From Sphingomicrobium sp. (lineage in GTDB: Bacteria > Pseudomonadota > Alphaproteobacteria > Sphingomonadales > Sphingomonadaceae), in assembly GCA_036563485.1 (NCBI GenBank), contig DATCMI010000001.1, positions 516,938-580,937 of the forward strand: DNA of 64,000 nucleotides. Reading direction: 5' to 3'. Every line of letters begins with the position of its first letter. Position 1 is the stretch's first letter. This document shows positions 16,279-26,665 of the stretch, piece after piece. The position numbers and the translations under genes were made by a program. A model generated the notes under the pieces. That model did no database searches. It had not been told where the DNA came from and saw nothing but the letters and a program-made list of their open reading frames with translations.

Positions 16279-19200
16279 ATGAATTTCCGCAACATCTCCG
16301 CCTGGTGCATCCGCAACCCGGTTCCGCCGATCGTGCTGTTCGTGGCGCTGCTGCTCGCCGGCATCGTCTCGTTCATGCGGATGGACGTGACGGGCAATCC
16401 GGACATCGACTTCCCGGCGGCGGTTGTAGTCGTGTCGCAGCCCGGCGCCGCCCCGGCGGAGATGGAAAACCAGATCACCCAGCGGGTCGAATCGGCGATC
16501 CGCGGCGTCGACGGCGTCGATGAGATCAACAGCAGCGTTCGCGAAGGCAATAGTGAGACGTTCGTCCAGTTCCGGATCGGCACGCCGACCGACCGGGCAG
16601 TGACCGACGTGCGGGATGCGGTGGCGCAGATCCGCAGCGACCTTCCCGACGGCATCCTTGAGCCGCAGGTTCAGCGGGCGAACATCGGCGGCTCCGAAAT
16701 CATGTTCGCGGCCGCTGAAACGACCGACATGACGCTGGAGCAGCTCAGCTGGTACATCGACGACACGGTGGCTCGCCGCCTGCTCGCGGTGGCCGGTGTC
16801 GCTGCCGTCACACGCGAAGGCGGCGTCGATCGCCAGATCCGCGTAATCCTCAACCCGGCCGCGCTTCAGGCACAGGGCATCACCGCCGCGCAGGTCAATC
16901 AGCAGCTTCGCCAGACGAACCTCAACGCGCCGGGCGGCCGCGCCGAAATCGCCGGTTCCGAACAATCGGTGCGCGTGCTCGGCAATGCTCAAAGTGCCTA
17001 CGATCTGTCGCAGACCCAGATCTCGGTCGCCGGCGGCCGCGTCGTTCGTCTGGCCGACCTCGGCCAGGTGCAGGACAGCTATGGTGAGACCCGCTCCGCG
17101 GCGATCCTCGGCGACCGCCAGGTCGTCAGCTTCAACGTGCAGCGCGCGAAGGGCGAATCCGACCTCGTCGTCTATGACGCCGTCTGGAAAGAACTGAAGA
17201 AGATCCAGGAAGGCGACGACCGGATCAAGTTCACCGAGATCGACAACAATGTCGATTACATGAAGGCGCAGTACGATTCGTCGATGCATGCGCTGATCGA
17301 AGGCGCGGTGCTGGCCGTCCTCGTCGTGCTCCTGTTCCTCCGCGACATCCGCGCGACGGTGATCTCGGCCGTCGCCATCCCGCTCTCGGCCATTCCCGCA
17401 TTCTGGTTCATGGACCTGATGTCCATCAACCTGAACTTTCTGTCGCTGCTCGCGCTTGCGCTGGTGGCCGGCGTGCTCGTCGACGACGCGATCGTGGAAA
17501 TCGAGAACATCGTCAGGCACATGCGCATGGGCAAGAGCGCCTACCAGGCGTCGATCGACGCCGCGGACGAGATCGGCCTCGCCGTGCTTGCGACGACCAT
17601 GTCGATCGTGGCGGTGTTCCTGCCCGTCGCTTTGATGCCCGGCATCTCGGGCCAGTTCTTCAAGAACTTCGGCTACACGGTTGTGGTCGCGGTGCTGATG
17701 AGCTTGCTGGTCGCGCGAATGATCACGCCATTGATGGCCGCCTACCTGCTCAAGTCGCATGGTGAGCAGGAGCATGCGTCCGGCAAGTGGATGATGCGCT
17801 ATCTGGCGGTGCTGAAATGGACGCTCTCGACCGGCAAGGTCCGGGGCCTTCTGGATGCAATCCCGAACCGCCCGGGCCTGCGCCGCTATTATCTCGTCGA
17901 GGCGGGCTTTGCCGTCGCCCTCGTCGCCCTGTTCGTGGTGGTCATGAGCGCCCTCAAGGCGGGCCTGACGACGGCCGGCCTGCCTGGCCTCGCCGTCCTG
18001 TTGCTCGCGATCATTCTTGCCGCGGTTGTGGTCTTCTTCGCCGGCAAGCTGCTCAACGGCATACTGGCAAACCGCGACGGCGACTTCACGCAATGGCACA
18101 CGACGTTCGTTGCCCGGATGAAGGCGCGGTTGCGCGACCACCGCCTGGTCATGGTCGGCGCCGGCTTCGGCATCCTCGCACTTACCGGCGTGCTCTTCAG
18201 CACCCTGTCGATGACCTTCGAACCGCAGCAGGACGTCGACAGCAGCCGCGTGCGGATCGGCATGGCTCCGGGCACCACTCTCGCGCAGACCCGCGAGGTC
18301 GCGCAGCGCGCGTCGGAGATCATCAAGCAGAACCCGAACGTGAAGGGCGTCTTCCAGCGCGTCTTCACGTCGACCGGCTACCTCCAGGTCATGTACAATG
18401 ATGACCGCGAGAAGCCGAGCTATGAGATCGAGCGGGACATCTCGCCGAAGCTGGCGCAGATCGCCGACGCCCAGGTCAACTTCCTCAGCCAGAACGGCGG
18501 CGGCCCGGGCGGCGTGAGCCGCGACATCATGATCTTCCTGGGCAGCTCGGACCCGGTGAAGCTCAACAAGTTCGCCAATGATCTGGCCGAACAGATGGGC
18601 ACGCTTCCCGAGCTCGTCGCGCCGCGCGTCCAGGGTGACAACGTTCGGCCGGAAATCGTTATCAAGCCGCGCTTCGACCTTGCCGCCGACCTCGGCGTCA
18701 CGACCGCGGCGCTGTCCCAGACGATCCGCATCGCAACCATCGGCGATATCGCCCAGAACAGCGCGAAATTCTCGCTGTCGGACCGCCAGGTCCCGATCGC
18801 CGTCAGCCTGTCGGAGAACAGCCGCCGCGATCTTGCGACGCTCGAGAACCTGCCGGTGCCGACCACTGGCGGCGGATCGGTACCGCTGAAGGCGGTTGCC
18901 GACATCGGCTTCGGATCAGGCCCGGTCACCGTGCAGCGCACCAATCAGGTCCGCCGCATCGCGGTGGGCGCCGACCTCGCCCCAGGCCTCGTTACTGGCG
19001 ACGCCTACAAGAAGATCGATCAGCTGCCGGCGATGAAAAACATGCCCGATGGCGTGTCGCGCCTGAACCTCGGTTCGCAAAAGTGGCAGGGGGAGCTGAT
19101 CCAGAACTTCATCGTCGCGGTGATCGCCGGCGTGCTTCTGGTGTTCGCGGTGCTGGTGCTGCTCTATCGCCGCTTCCTGGCGCCGCTGGTCAACATGGGC

Positions 19201-19671
19201 TCGCTGCTGCTGGCGCCATTCGGTGCGGCAATCGCACTGCATGTGGTCGGCCAGCCGGTCTCGCTGCCGGTGTTCATCGGTCTTCTCATGCTGCTGGGCA
19301 TCGTCGCCAAGAACTCGATCCTTCTGGTCGATTTCGCGGTCGAGATGATGAACCACGGCATGGACAAGGATGAAGCGATCTACGAGGCCGGTCACAAGCG
19401 CGCCCAGCCGATCGTCATGACCACCGTGGCGATGGTCGCCGGCATGCTTCCGACTGCATTGTCGCTGTCGGGTGACGGCAGCTGGCGCGCGCCGATGGGC
19501 GTGACCGTGATCGGCGGCCTGATCTTCTCGACCATCCTGACGCTGCTGCTTGTTCCCGCTTACTTCTCGATCGCCATCGACATCGAAAGCTGGCTCGGGC
19601 GGGGCGCGAGGAAGCTCATCATCACTGAAGACACCCCGCTGGCTGGCGCTCATCCGGTTCCTGCGGAGTAA
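16279..19671 (+). CDS. RND family efflux permease (AcrB/HAE-type), 1130 aa with an extra central hydrophobic insertion
   Basis: [44 protein letters not shown]. It is about 90 aa longer than typical AcrB-type pumps because of an insert between TM6 and TM7. Confidence 0.93.
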   Translation: MNFRNISAWCIRNPVPPIVLFVALLLAGIVSFMRMDVTGNPDIDFPAAVVVVSQPGAAPAEMENQITQRVESAIRGVDGVDEINSSVREGNSETFVQFRIGTPTDRAVTDVRDAVAQIRSDLPDGILEPQVQRANIGGSEIMFAAAETTDMTLEQLSWYIDDTVARRLLAVAGVAAVTREGGVDRQIRVILNPAALQAQGITAAQVNQQLRQTNLNAPGGRAEIAGSEQSVRVLGNAQSAYDLSQTQISVAGGRVVRLADLGQVQDSYGETRSAAILGDRQVVSFNVQRAKGESDLVVYDAVWKELKKIQEGDDRIKFTEIDNNVDYMKAQYDSSMHALIEGAVLAVLVVLLFLRDIRATVISAVAIPLSAIPAFWFMDLMSINLNFLSLLALALVAGVLVDDAIVEIENIVRHMRMGKSAYQASIDAADEIGLAVLATTMSIVAVFLPVALMPGISGQFFKNFGYTVVVAVLMSLLVARMITPLMAAYLLKSHGEQEHASGKWMMRYLAVLKWTLSTGKVRGLLDAIPNRPGLRRYYLVEAGFAVALVALFVVVMSALKAGLTTAGLPGLAVLLLAIILAAVVVFFAGKLLNGILANRDGDFTQWHTTFVARMKARLRDHRLVMVGAGFGILALTGVLFSTLSMTFEPQQDVDSSRVRIGMAPGTTLAQTREVAQRASEIIKQNPNVKGVFQRVFTSTGYLQVMYNDDREKPSYEIERDISPKLAQIADAQVNFLSQNGGGPGGVSRDIMIFLGSSDPVKLNKFANDLAEQMGTLPELVAPRVQGDNVRPEIVIKPRFDLAADLGVTTAALSQTIRIATIGDIAQNSAKFSLSDRQVPIAVSLSENSRRDLATLENLPVPTTGGGSVPLKAVADIGFGSGPVTVQRTNQVRRIAVGADLAPGLVTGDAYKKIDQLPAMKNMPDGVSRLNLGSQKWQGELIQNFIVAVIAGVLLVFAVLVLLYRRFLAPLVNMGSLLLAPFGAAIALHVVGQPVSLPVFIGLLMLLGIVAKNSILLVDFAVEMMNHGMDKDEAIYEAGHKRAQPIVMTTVAMVAGMLPTALSLSGDGSWRAPMGVTVIGGLIFSTILTLLLVPAYFSIAIDIESWLGRGARKLIITEDTPLAGAHPVPAE

Positions 19672-19776
19672 GCCCGGCGGAGTGAACCCGAACGCCGGCT
19701 CGTCTATTGAGCCGGTATGAGGGTGGCGAACGGCGCATTGTCTCGCTTCAATCCTGCGCAACCCGGCGCACGCGGG

Positions 19777-20979
19777 ATGAAGATCGTGGCGACCGGCCTA
19801 TTGGTCGTGATGGCGGCGGTATTCGTCGCGGCCCGCGGGCTCGAGGCACAGCATCCGTGGCTCGGCTATGTGAAGGCCTTTGCCGAGGCGGCGATGGTCG
19901 GCGGGCTTGCCGACTGGTTCGCGGTGACGGCCTTGTTCCGCCACCCGCTCGGCCTGCCGATCCCCCATACGGCCATCATCCCGCGTAACAAGGACCGGAT
20001 CGGCGAGACTCTCGCCTCCTTCATCCGTGACAATTTCCTGATCCCGCGCGTGGTCGCGCGGCGCATGCAGCGGCTCGATGTCGCCGCCGCCGCAGGGCGC
20101 TTCCTGCAGACACCTGCGGGTGAAGGCACCCGCATCCGCGCCGGCGCATCGCGGCTGATCGGCGACGTGTTCGAAAGCCTCGACGACGAACGCCTCGGCG
20201 GCATCGTCAAAAGCGCGGTCAGCACGCGCCTGCGCAATACCGAAGTGTCGCCGCTACTCGGCCATGCGCTCGCTTCTGCGATCAACGATGACCGCCATGT
20301 GCCGATGCTAGAGGCCGGCATTCGCTGGATGGCGCGGGCGCTCGAGGCCAATGAGCAGCTGATCCGGGAGATGGTGCACAAGAAGGCCAATTGGGTGCTC
20401 AAGCTCGCGGCGCTCGACACCAAGCTCGCCGACGCGATCATCGATGGGCTGCGCAAGCTCACGGCCGAAATGTCGACCGATCCTGCTCATCCTGTGCGGA
20501 TCAAGGTCGAAGAAGCGCTCGCGCAGCTCGCTAACGACCTTCAGACCAAGCCGGAGACCCAGGCCAAGGTCGAGGCGATGAAAGAGCAGCTGCTCGACAA
20601 CCGTTCGGTCGGCCTGTGGATCGACGCGATCTGGCAGCGCGGCCGCGAGGCGATCGTGCGCGCCGCCCGCAATCCCGACGCGGTGCTCGCCGGCAAGTTG
20701 GGCGAAGTGCTGAAGTCGATGGGCACCACGCTCGAGAAAGATCCCGGCATTCGCCGCGCGATCAACCAGTTCGCCCGCCGCGCGATCGTCGGCATGGCGG
20801 CCAGCTATGGCGGGTCGATCGTGAAGCTGGTGTCGGAAACCATCCGCAGCTGGGATGCCCGGACCGTAACCGCGCGGCTCGAAGCCGCAGTCGGCCGCGA
20901 CCTCCAGTACATCCGCATCAACGGTACCCTGGTCGGCGGCCTGGTCGGCTTGATCCTGCACTTGCTCGACAGCCTATGA
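19777..20979 (+). CDS. DUF445 family membrane-associated protein
   Basis: LADWFAVTALFRHPLGLPIPHTAIIPRNKDRIG and DLQYIRINGTLVGGLVG. Alternative ATG at 19717. Confidence 0.8.
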   Translation: MKIVATGLLVVMAAVFVAARGLEAQHPWLGYVKAFAEAAMVGGLADWFAVTALFRHPLGLPIPHTAIIPRNKDRIGETLASFIRDNFLIPRVVARRMQRLDVAAAAGRFLQTPAGEGTRIRAGASRLIGDVFESLDDERLGGIVKSAVSTRLRNTEVSPLLGHALASAINDDRHVPMLEAGIRWMARALEANEQLIREMVHKKANWVLKLAALDTKLADAIIDGLRKLTAEMSTDPAHPVRIKVEEALAQLANDLQTKPETQAKVEAMKEQLLDNRSVGLWIDAIWQRGREAIVRAARNPDAVLAGKLGEVLKSMGTTLEKDPGIRRAINQFARRAIVGMAASYGGSIVKLVSETIRSWDARTVTARLEAAVGRDLQYIRINGTLVGGLVGLILHLLDSL

Positions 20980-21740
20980 GCGACACCGACGACCTTGCCG
21001 ATGCCGCGCGCAACCGTGGCCTGAAGCTCGTCCGCTCCCGTGTCCGCACCCCCACCAAGCGCCGCTTCGGCAAAGTCGGGCTAACCGACAGAACCGACAA
21101 GCCGGTGTTCGGCATGGATGCGAAGGGTCCGACCGCGAAGCCGGAAGAGGTCGAAGCCTACTTACGCAAGCTCAACATGCAGGACTGGGGCGCGTCGCTC
21201 GACGTTGCCGCGCCGCAGCGGAAACGCACGGGCAAGAAGCCGGCGCGTGTTCGCGAAGCGGCGAACGACGAGCCAGTCGTCGAGCCGAAGCCGAAGCCGA
21301 AACCCAAGCCGCCGCCAACACCGGAAGTGCGCGCCGCCAAGCCGGCGGATGCGAAAGCACTTGTCGAGCTCATCGGCCTCCTCGGTCATGACGTCGACGA
21401 GAGCGCTGTTCGCAAGAACGTCGCCGCTCTGTCGAAACTGGGCGAAGCGCCGCTAGTGGCCACTTTAGAACGCAAGGTGGTCGGTCTCTGCGGCGTTCAC
21501 CGCATGGTCGTGCCCCACCGCTCGGCGCCGGTCGGCCGCATCACGATCCTGGTCGTCGCCGAGCATGTTCGCGAAAAGAAGATCGGCCGAATGCTCGTCG
21601 AAGCGGCCGAAGCGTGGATGCGCGATCAGGGCTGCAGCCTTGCCGAAGTCACCAGCAACGACCGCCTGAGCGCGGCCCACAGCTTCTACCGGCACATGGG
21701 TTACGAGCGGACCAGCATCCGCATGAAAAAAGAGCTCTAG
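20976..21740 (+). CDS. GNAT family N-acetyltransferase with an N-terminal basic domain and (KP)n linker
   Basis: C-terminal [32 protein letters not shown] ... FYRHMGY. ATG at 20976 overlaps the upstream stop (ATGA). The track ORF start at 20616 lies inside the DUF445 gene. Confidence 0.85.
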   Translation: MSDTDDLADAARNRGLKLVRSRVRTPTKRRFGKVGLTDRTDKPVFGMDAKGPTAKPEEVEAYLRKLNMQDWGASLDVAAPQRKRTGKKPARVREAANDEPVVEPKPKPKPKPPPTPEVRAAKPADAKALVELIGLLGHDVDESAVRKNVAALSKLGEAPLVATLERKVVGLCGVHRMVVPHRSAPVGRITILVVAEHVREKKIGRMLVEAAEAWMRDQGCSLAEVTSNDRLSAAHSFYRHMGYERTSIRMKKEL

Positions 21741-23020
21741 CCGGTCGAGCGCCGCTCGATCGTAGCGCCGACCGCGGAAAGCTTCTCTTCGAGCCGTTCG
21801 TAGCCGCGGTCGAGGTGATAGACCCGCAGCACTTCAGTCTCGCCCTCCGCGGCAAGCCCGGCAAGCACCAGGCTCATCGAGGCGCGAAGGTCGGTGGCCA
21901 TGACGGTGGCGCCGGTCAGCTTGTCGACTCCGTGGACGATGGCCGAGCGGCCGTGGATGTCGACGTCGGCGCCCATGCGTCGCAGCTCCGGTACGTGCAT
22001 GTAGCGGTTCTCGAAGATCGTCTCCTCAAGGAAGCTGTCGCCGCGCGCGAGGCACAGCATGGCCATGAACTGCGCCTGCATGTCGGTCGCAAAGCCAGGA
22101 AAGGGCGAGGTCGAAAGCGCCAGCGGCTTGAGGCCGCCGTCGGCGCTGACCTTGATCCCTCGATTATGGAACTCGAAGATCAGCCCGCATTGCGCGAGCG
22201 CGTTCACCGTCGCGCGCATGTCGTCGGGCCGAGCGCCGATAAGGTCGATCGAACCGCCGGTGATCCCGGCCGCGCAGGCATAGCTGCCGGCCTCGATCCG
22301 ATCGGGCATCACCGCATATTCGCAGCCATGAAGACCCTCGACCCCGTCGATGATCAGGTGGGACGAACCGATGCCCTGGATCTTCGCGCCCATCGCCACG
22401 AGCAGGTTGCACAGATCGACGATCTCCGGCTCGCGCGCCGCATTGAACAGCTGCGAACGGCCGGTTGCGAGCACTGCCGCCATCAATGCATTTTCGGTCG
22501 CGCCTACCGACACGACGGGAAAGCTGAAATCGCCGCCCGAGATGCGGCCCTTGGGCGCGCTCGCCTTCACATAGCCGGCGGCAAGCTCGATCTCGGCGCC
22601 CATGCATTCCAGGGCCCTCAGGTGCAGGTCGATGGGGCGATCGCCGATCGCGCAGCCGCCCGGCAGCGATACGGTCGACTCGCCCATCCGCGCCAGCATC
22701 GGGCCGAGCACCAGCACCGAGGCGCGCATCTTGCGGACCATGTCGTACGGGGCGACCGTCGAGACGACCTCGTCGGCGCACAAAGTCATCCGCCGGCCGT
22801 ATTCGCCTTTCTTGACGCCTGCGACGCTGGTCGAAACGCCGAGCTGGTTCAGCAAATGGCTGAAGGTGTCGACGTCGGCGAGCCGCGGCAAATTGGTGAG
22901 TGTCAGCTGCTCCTCGGTTAGGAGCGCGCAGGGCATGAGCGTAAGCGCGGCATTCTTCGCGCCGCTGATCGGGATTTCGCCTTCAAGCCGGGCCCCGCCC
23001 TTGATCCAGATGCTGTCCAC
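21737..23020 (-). CDS. murA: UDP-N-acetylglucosamine 1-carboxyvinyltransferase
   Basis: [36 protein letters not shown] (active-site Cys), and full length of 427 aa. Confidence 0.97.
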   Translation of the reverse strand: MDSIWIKGGARLEGEIPISGAKNAALTLMPCALLTEEQLTLTNLPRLADVDTFSHLLNQLGVSTSVAGVKKGEYGRRMTLCADEVVSTVAPYDMVRKMRASVLVLGPMLARMGESTVSLPGGCAIGDRPIDLHLRALECMGAEIELAAGYVKASAPKGRISGGDFSFPVVSVGATENALMAAVLATGRSQLFNAAREPEIVDLCNLLVAMGAKIQGIGSSHLIIDGVEGLHGCEYAVMPDRIEAGSYACAAGITGGSIDLIGARPDDMRATVNALAQCGLIFEFHNRGIKVSADGGLKPLALSTSPFPGFATDMQAQFMAMLCLARGDSFLEETIFENRYMHVPELRRMGADVDIHGRSAIVHGVDKLTGATVMATDLRASMSLVLAGLAAEGETEVLRVYHLDRGYERLEEKLSAVGATIERRSTG

Positions 23021-23064
23021 CGGCGCCGTTTAGCGTGTGCCACCCGGCAGGCAAGCAGCAGCCG

Positions 23065-23415
23065 CTACGCCTTCTCCAGCGTGCACTGCAGCGGGTGCTG
23101 GTTCTCCCGAGCGAAGTCGATGACCTGGCTGACCTTCGTCTCGGCGACTTCATAGGTGTAGACGCCGCATACGGCCACGCCCTGCTGGTGAACCTGAAGC
23201 ATCACCCGCGTCGCATCCTCGATCCCCATCGAGAAGAATCGCTGCAGCACGAGCACGACGAACTCCATCGGCGTGTAGTCGTCGTTGAGCATCAGCACCT
23301 TGTAGTTCGACGGCTTCTTGGTCTTCGGGCGCGTGCGCGTCGCGACTCCGGTCTGGAGATCGTCGTGGCCATCGTCGTTGGGGCCCGTGGCCATGCTGAT
23401 CGGTTCGAAGCTCAT
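23065..23415 (-). CDS. clpS: ATP-dependent Clp protease adaptor
   Basis: [24 protein letters not shown]...[27 protein letters not shown]. Confidence 0.96.
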   Translation of the reverse strand: MSFEPISMATGPNDDGHDDLQTGVATRTRPKTKKPSNYKVLMLNDDYTPMEFVVLVLQRFFSMGIEDATRVMLQVHQQGVAVCGVYTYEVAETKVSQVIDFARENQHPLQCTLEKA

Positions 23416-23477
23416 CTGGCTCTAAAATATGGCAAGCCGCCGAACAGCGGCAAGCCCGTGCGCTAACGCCAGAGCGT

Positions 23478-23518
23478 TAAAAAAGAGGCGGCCGCCCCAC
23501 AAAATGGAGCGGCCGCCC
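23478..23518 (-). terminator. Rho-independent terminator after the phasin gene (GGCGGCCGC stem, TCTTTTTT tail on the minus strand)
   Basis: 9-bp GC stem (23486-23494 pairs with 23508-23516) followed on the minus strand by a T-run, 35 nt downstream of the stop at 23552. Confidence 0.8.
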
Positions 23519-23551
23519 GAGTCCGTTACCTAATCCGAGGAGGGGAGAGGG

Positions 23552-24274
23552 TCAGGCAACGAAGCTGTTGAAGCGCTCGGCGTTCGCCGTGGCGCGGTTG
23601 GAAAGCGGCTGGAACGCTTCGCCGGCGAGCTTGACCATCGATTCGGTCAGCTTCGAGGTCTCGGCGACCATGCGGTCGAACGACGAGCGGGCGAAATCGC
23701 TCTGCAGCTGCAGATATTCGGTCGGCGACTTGGCTTCGGCGAGAAGGCGGATCGCATCAGCGGTCTGCTCGACACCGTCGCGGCTCGACGCAACCACGTC
23801 CTGGCCGAGCGAGCGGGCGCCTTCAGCGGCAACGCGGCCGGCTTCGACGATCGCTTCGACGTTCGAACGGGCGAGGTCGGCGAACTCTTCCGCGACCTTC
23901 TGGCTGCGCTTGGCAAGTTCCTGGCTGCGCTCGTTCGCGTCGGCGAACAGCGACTGGAAGGGCGCGAACGCCGGCACGGCCTGGAAGCCGTTGAAGAAGT
24001 TGTTGTTGTTCACGGTTTCGATTCCTTCATTGGCGACGCGAGCCGTCTTGCGGGCCGCAGTCTTGGTCTTGCGCGCGGTGCGACGCGCAGCGGTCTTCTG
24101 CTCGGCGGCCGCACGCTTTACGCGGCGGGTCGTCTTGGCGCGCTCGCGCTTGGCGACCTTCGCGCTTTCGCTGGCGACGGTCTTCGCCGTTGCGGCGACA
24201 GCCTCGGCAACCTTCGCCGGAGCTTCGGCGGCGGCCTTCGCCTCGTTGTTGGTCGTGTTGTTGGTGTCTGCCAC
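23552..24274 (-). CDS. Phasin-family protein with an N-terminal Ala/Lys/Arg-rich histone-H1-like extension
   Basis: The C-terminal two-thirds are phasin-like (FQSLFADANERSQELAKRSQKVAEEF ... LAGEAFQPLSNRATANAERFNSF). The N-terminal ~90 aa are AKAAAEAPAKVAE...KRERAKTTRRVKRAAAEQKTAARRTARKTKTAARKTAR. GTG start at 24274 follows GGAGGA. Confidence 0.8.
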   Translation of the reverse strand: MADTNNTTNNEAKAAAEAPAKVAEAVAATAKTVASESAKVAKRERAKTTRRVKRAAAEQKTAARRTARKTKTAARKTARVANEGIETVNNNNFFNGFQAVPAFAPFQSLFADANERSQELAKRSQKVAEEFADLARSNVEAIVEAGRVAAEGARSLGQDVVASSRDGVEQTADAIRLLAEAKSPTEYLQLQSDFARSSFDRMVAETSKLTESMVKLAGEAFQPLSNRATANAERFNSFVA

Positions 24275-24292
24275 GTCTTCCTCCAAATTTGT

Positions 24293-24349
24293 TGCACTGC
24301 ACAATATACATTGCGCCGCACCATTTCAAGGGCTGATTTGTGCACCGCA
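24293..24349. promoter_or_regulatory. Three TGC-N3-GCA motifs (TGCACTGCA, TGCGCCGCA, TGCACCGCA) in the phasin/gmk intergenic region
   Basis: Read directly at 24293, 24312 and 24341. TGC-rich repeats resemble what has been reported for PhaR operators, so this is a candidate PhaR site. Confidence 0.35.
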
Positions 24350-24396
24350 GCATCTCGTCGCTTGACGGCCACCGCTTGCCCGAAGCAAGAGCGGCC

Positions 24397-25047
24397 ATGG
24401 ACCTTGTCGACCTGCCGACCCGCCAGCGCCGCGGGCTCCTGATCGTCCTCTCCTCGCCGTCTGGCGCGGGCAAGACCACCATCTCGCGGATGCTGCTCGA
24501 GGCCGACCCTGAAGTGTCGATGTCGATTTCAGCAACGACCCGCCCGATGCGCCCGCGCGAGCAGCAGAACGTCGACTATCATTTCGTCGACGACGCCGAG
24601 TTCGACCGCCTGATCAGGGACCAGGAATTGGTGGAATGGGCGACGGTGTTCGGACACCGCTACGGCACGCCCAAGGCGCCCGTGAAAGCGGCGCTGAAGG
24701 CCGGGCGCGACATCATGTTCGACATCGACTGGCAGGGCGCACGGCAGCTCGAGCCCGACTTCGGCGAGCATTTGGTCACCATCTTCCTGTTGCCGCCGTC
24801 GATGGACGAACTCGAGCGCCGGCTGCGAGCCCGCGGCACCGACTCGGCGGAAGTGATCGCCGACCGCATGCGCCGCGCCGCCGACGAGATCAGCCATTGG
24901 GCCGAATATGAATATGTGCTCGTGAATGACGACATGGACCGCTGCCTCGAGCGCGTCCGCGCGATCGTCACCGCAGAGCGGGCGAAACGAACGAGCCAGG
25001 CTGGACTAGTCGGCTTCGTGCGGGACCTGATCGGCCCCCAGCATTAG
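24397..25047 (+). CDS. gmk: Guanylate kinase
   Basis: RRGLLIVLSSPSGAGKTT P-loop, SATTRPMRPREQQNVDYHFV, and EWATVFGHRYGTP. Confidence 0.95.
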   Translation: MDLVDLPTRQRRGLLIVLSSPSGAGKTTISRMLLEADPEVSMSISATTRPMRPREQQNVDYHFVDDAEFDRLIRDQELVEWATVFGHRYGTPKAPVKAALKAGRDIMFDIDWQGARQLEPDFGEHLVTIFLLPPSMDELERRLRARGTDSAEVIADRMRRAADEISHWAEYEYVLVNDDMDRCLERVRAIVTAERAKRTSQAGLVGFVRDLIGPQH

Positions 25048-25084
25048 CCGCATGCCAGGATGCCCCGGGGGGATGCTGGACCGG

Positions 25085-25777
25085 CTAATCAAGGAGTTCA
25101 AGGAACCTCGCTGCGGCCATGAAGTCGCGGCGGCGGTTTTCCAGCGCGGCTTCCGCCTCAGCGTCCGCCCCCCATTGTTCTAGCTGCCAGCGGTCGTCCA
25201 CCGTGACGGCTTCCCACGCCGCTTCGGCGCTCATCGCTTTCTCGACGACGGCAAGCGCTGCGACCAGCGACCCGCCGATCGTCACCAGCGGCGAGAGCGC
25301 AGCCAGCCGAAAGCCGTCGAGCGTGCCGATGGCACGACTCAGCCGCGTTACCGTCGCGCTCGGCTGCGCGACGTGGACAATGCCGCAGGTGGTCGCGAAA
25401 TCGATGTCGTAGCGCCGCCGAGCCCAGCCGAGCAGCGCGTCCCAGCTTTCCTCCTGCCGGCTCACGAGTCCGCGCGGCCCTTCGGCCCGGTAGCAGGCGA
25501 GATCGGCTTCGGCATAGCGCGCGAGCCCGGCAGCGAACGCATCCCTGTCCGGCGCCACGCGGTCGATGGCGGCATTGGCGAGGCCGGTCAGCGGCATGGC
25601 GCGCGGATCGACCGTCTCCTCGACACCGCGCCACTCGTCGGCAATCGCTCCAGCCAAGCCCTCGGTCGGCGCGAGCAACGGCGCGCGTGCGGGCGTCCGT
25701 ACAGGACGGCCATCGAGGTGAACGGCCCAGCCGCCGTCCTCACGCTCAACGCCGACATCTTTCCAGAATCGCTTCAT
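25085..25777 (-). CDS. ATP12 family F1-ATP synthase assembly chaperone
   Basis: MKRFWKDVGVEREDGGWAVHLDGRPVRTPARAPLLAPTEGLAGAIADEW is the typical ATP12 N-terminus. Confidence 0.85.
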   Translation of the reverse strand: MKRFWKDVGVEREDGGWAVHLDGRPVRTPARAPLLAPTEGLAGAIADEWRGVEETVDPRAMPLTGLANAAIDRVAPDRDAFAAGLARYAEADLACYRAEGPRGLVSRQEESWDALLGWARRRYDIDFATTCGIVHVAQPSATVTRLSRAIGTLDGFRLAALSPLVTIGGSLVAALAVVEKAMSAEAAWEAVTVDDRWQLEQWGADAEAEAALENRRRDFMAAARFLELLD

Positions 25778-26013
25778 CGACGGCGTGCGTCTTCCTGATC
25801 CCATGCGCGCTTGAGCAGCCGCGGCGCGAACAAGGCGTCGATCACGCCAAGGATGGCGACGATCGCCCCGACCTGTGGCCAGCCGCCTTCGCGGACCAGG
25901 TCCGTGTAGATGATCGCGATTCCCAGCATGAACACGGCAAGCCCGCCCGCGCGCACCAGCGAGTAGAGCAGCAGCCGTTTGCGCCAGAGCGCGTCGTCTT
26001 CAGCCATCGACAT
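25774..26013 (-). CDS. Small two-TM membrane protein, unknown function
   Basis: MSMAEDDALWRKRLLLYSLVRAGGLAVFMLGIAIIYTDLVREGGWPQVGAIVAILGVIDALF. Overlaps both neighbours, which suggests an operon. Confidence 0.55.
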   Translation of the reverse strand: MSMAEDDALWRKRLLLYSLVRAGGLAVFMLGIAIIYTDLVREGGWPQVGAIVAILGVIDALFAPRLLKRAWDQEDARRR

Positions 26014-26665
26014 GTTCCTTGACCAGCGTGAGCACTTCGATCGGCCGCTGAGCGACGGCAACGGCGCCCGCCGCGAGCAATTCATCCGCCGGATGATAGC
26101 CCCAGCCGGCGCCGATGCCCCTGGCCCCGGCATTCACCGCCATCGCCATGTCGAAGCTGGTGTCGCCGACGACGATGCTTGTCTCCGGCGACGCGCCGGC
26201 ATCCGCGATCGCCTGGTCGACCATCGACCGGTGGGGTTTCGACGGGTGCCGGTCGCTGGTCTGCAGCGACACGAAGCGCGCGTGGATGTCGTGGCTTTCA
26301 AGGCAATGCTTGAGCCCGCGATCCGACTTGCCCGTTGCCACCGCCAGCAGCCAGCCGTCGCTCTCCAGCGCATCGAGGAGGTCGAGGACGCCCTCGTAAA
26401 GCGGCTCCTCCACCTGCCCGGCTGCCCGCAGGTTCCAGAAGGCCCGTTTATAGTCTTCGGCCAAAGCGACGTGCTGCGCCGCGCTCGCATCCGGCAGCAA
26501 GGCTGCCATCGCCTCGTTGAGGCTGAGACCGATGATCCGGCTGGACACCTCGGGCGGCGGAAGCTCCAGCCCATTTTCTTCGAACGCGGTCTTGAGAGCG
26601 CGGTAGATGGTGCGGCCGCTGTCGACGAGCGTGCCGTCGCAGTCGAAGATGGCGACGCGGTTCAT
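26000..26665 (-). CDS. HAD-superfamily hydrolase (phosphoglycolate phosphatase-like)
   Basis: IFDCDGTLVDS (motif I), VATGKS, and GDTSFDMAMAVNAG (motif IV). Internal ATG at 26665. Confidence 0.88.
   Translation of the reverse strand: MNRVAIFDCDGTLVDSGRTIYRALKTAFEENGLELPPPEVSSRIIGLSLNEAMAALLPDASAAQHVALAEDYKRAFWNLRAAGQVEEPLYEGVLDLLDALESDGWLLAVATGKSDRGLKHCLESHDIHARFVSLQTSDRHPSKPHRSMVDQAIADAGASPETSIVVGDTSFDMAMAVNAGARGIGAGWGYHPADELLAAGAVAVAQRPIEVLTLVKEHVDG

Noticed and set aside
16075-18141. 688-aa ORF on the minus strand
   Set aside because: It is antisense to the RND permease. The composition (runs of R, D, H, G) is not protein-like, so it is a shadow ORF.
20616-20975. 5' extension of the GNAT ORF (the track gives 374 aa)
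   Set aside because: The extension lies inside the DUF445 gene in another frame. The ATG at 20976 forms an ATGA overlap with the DUF445 stop.
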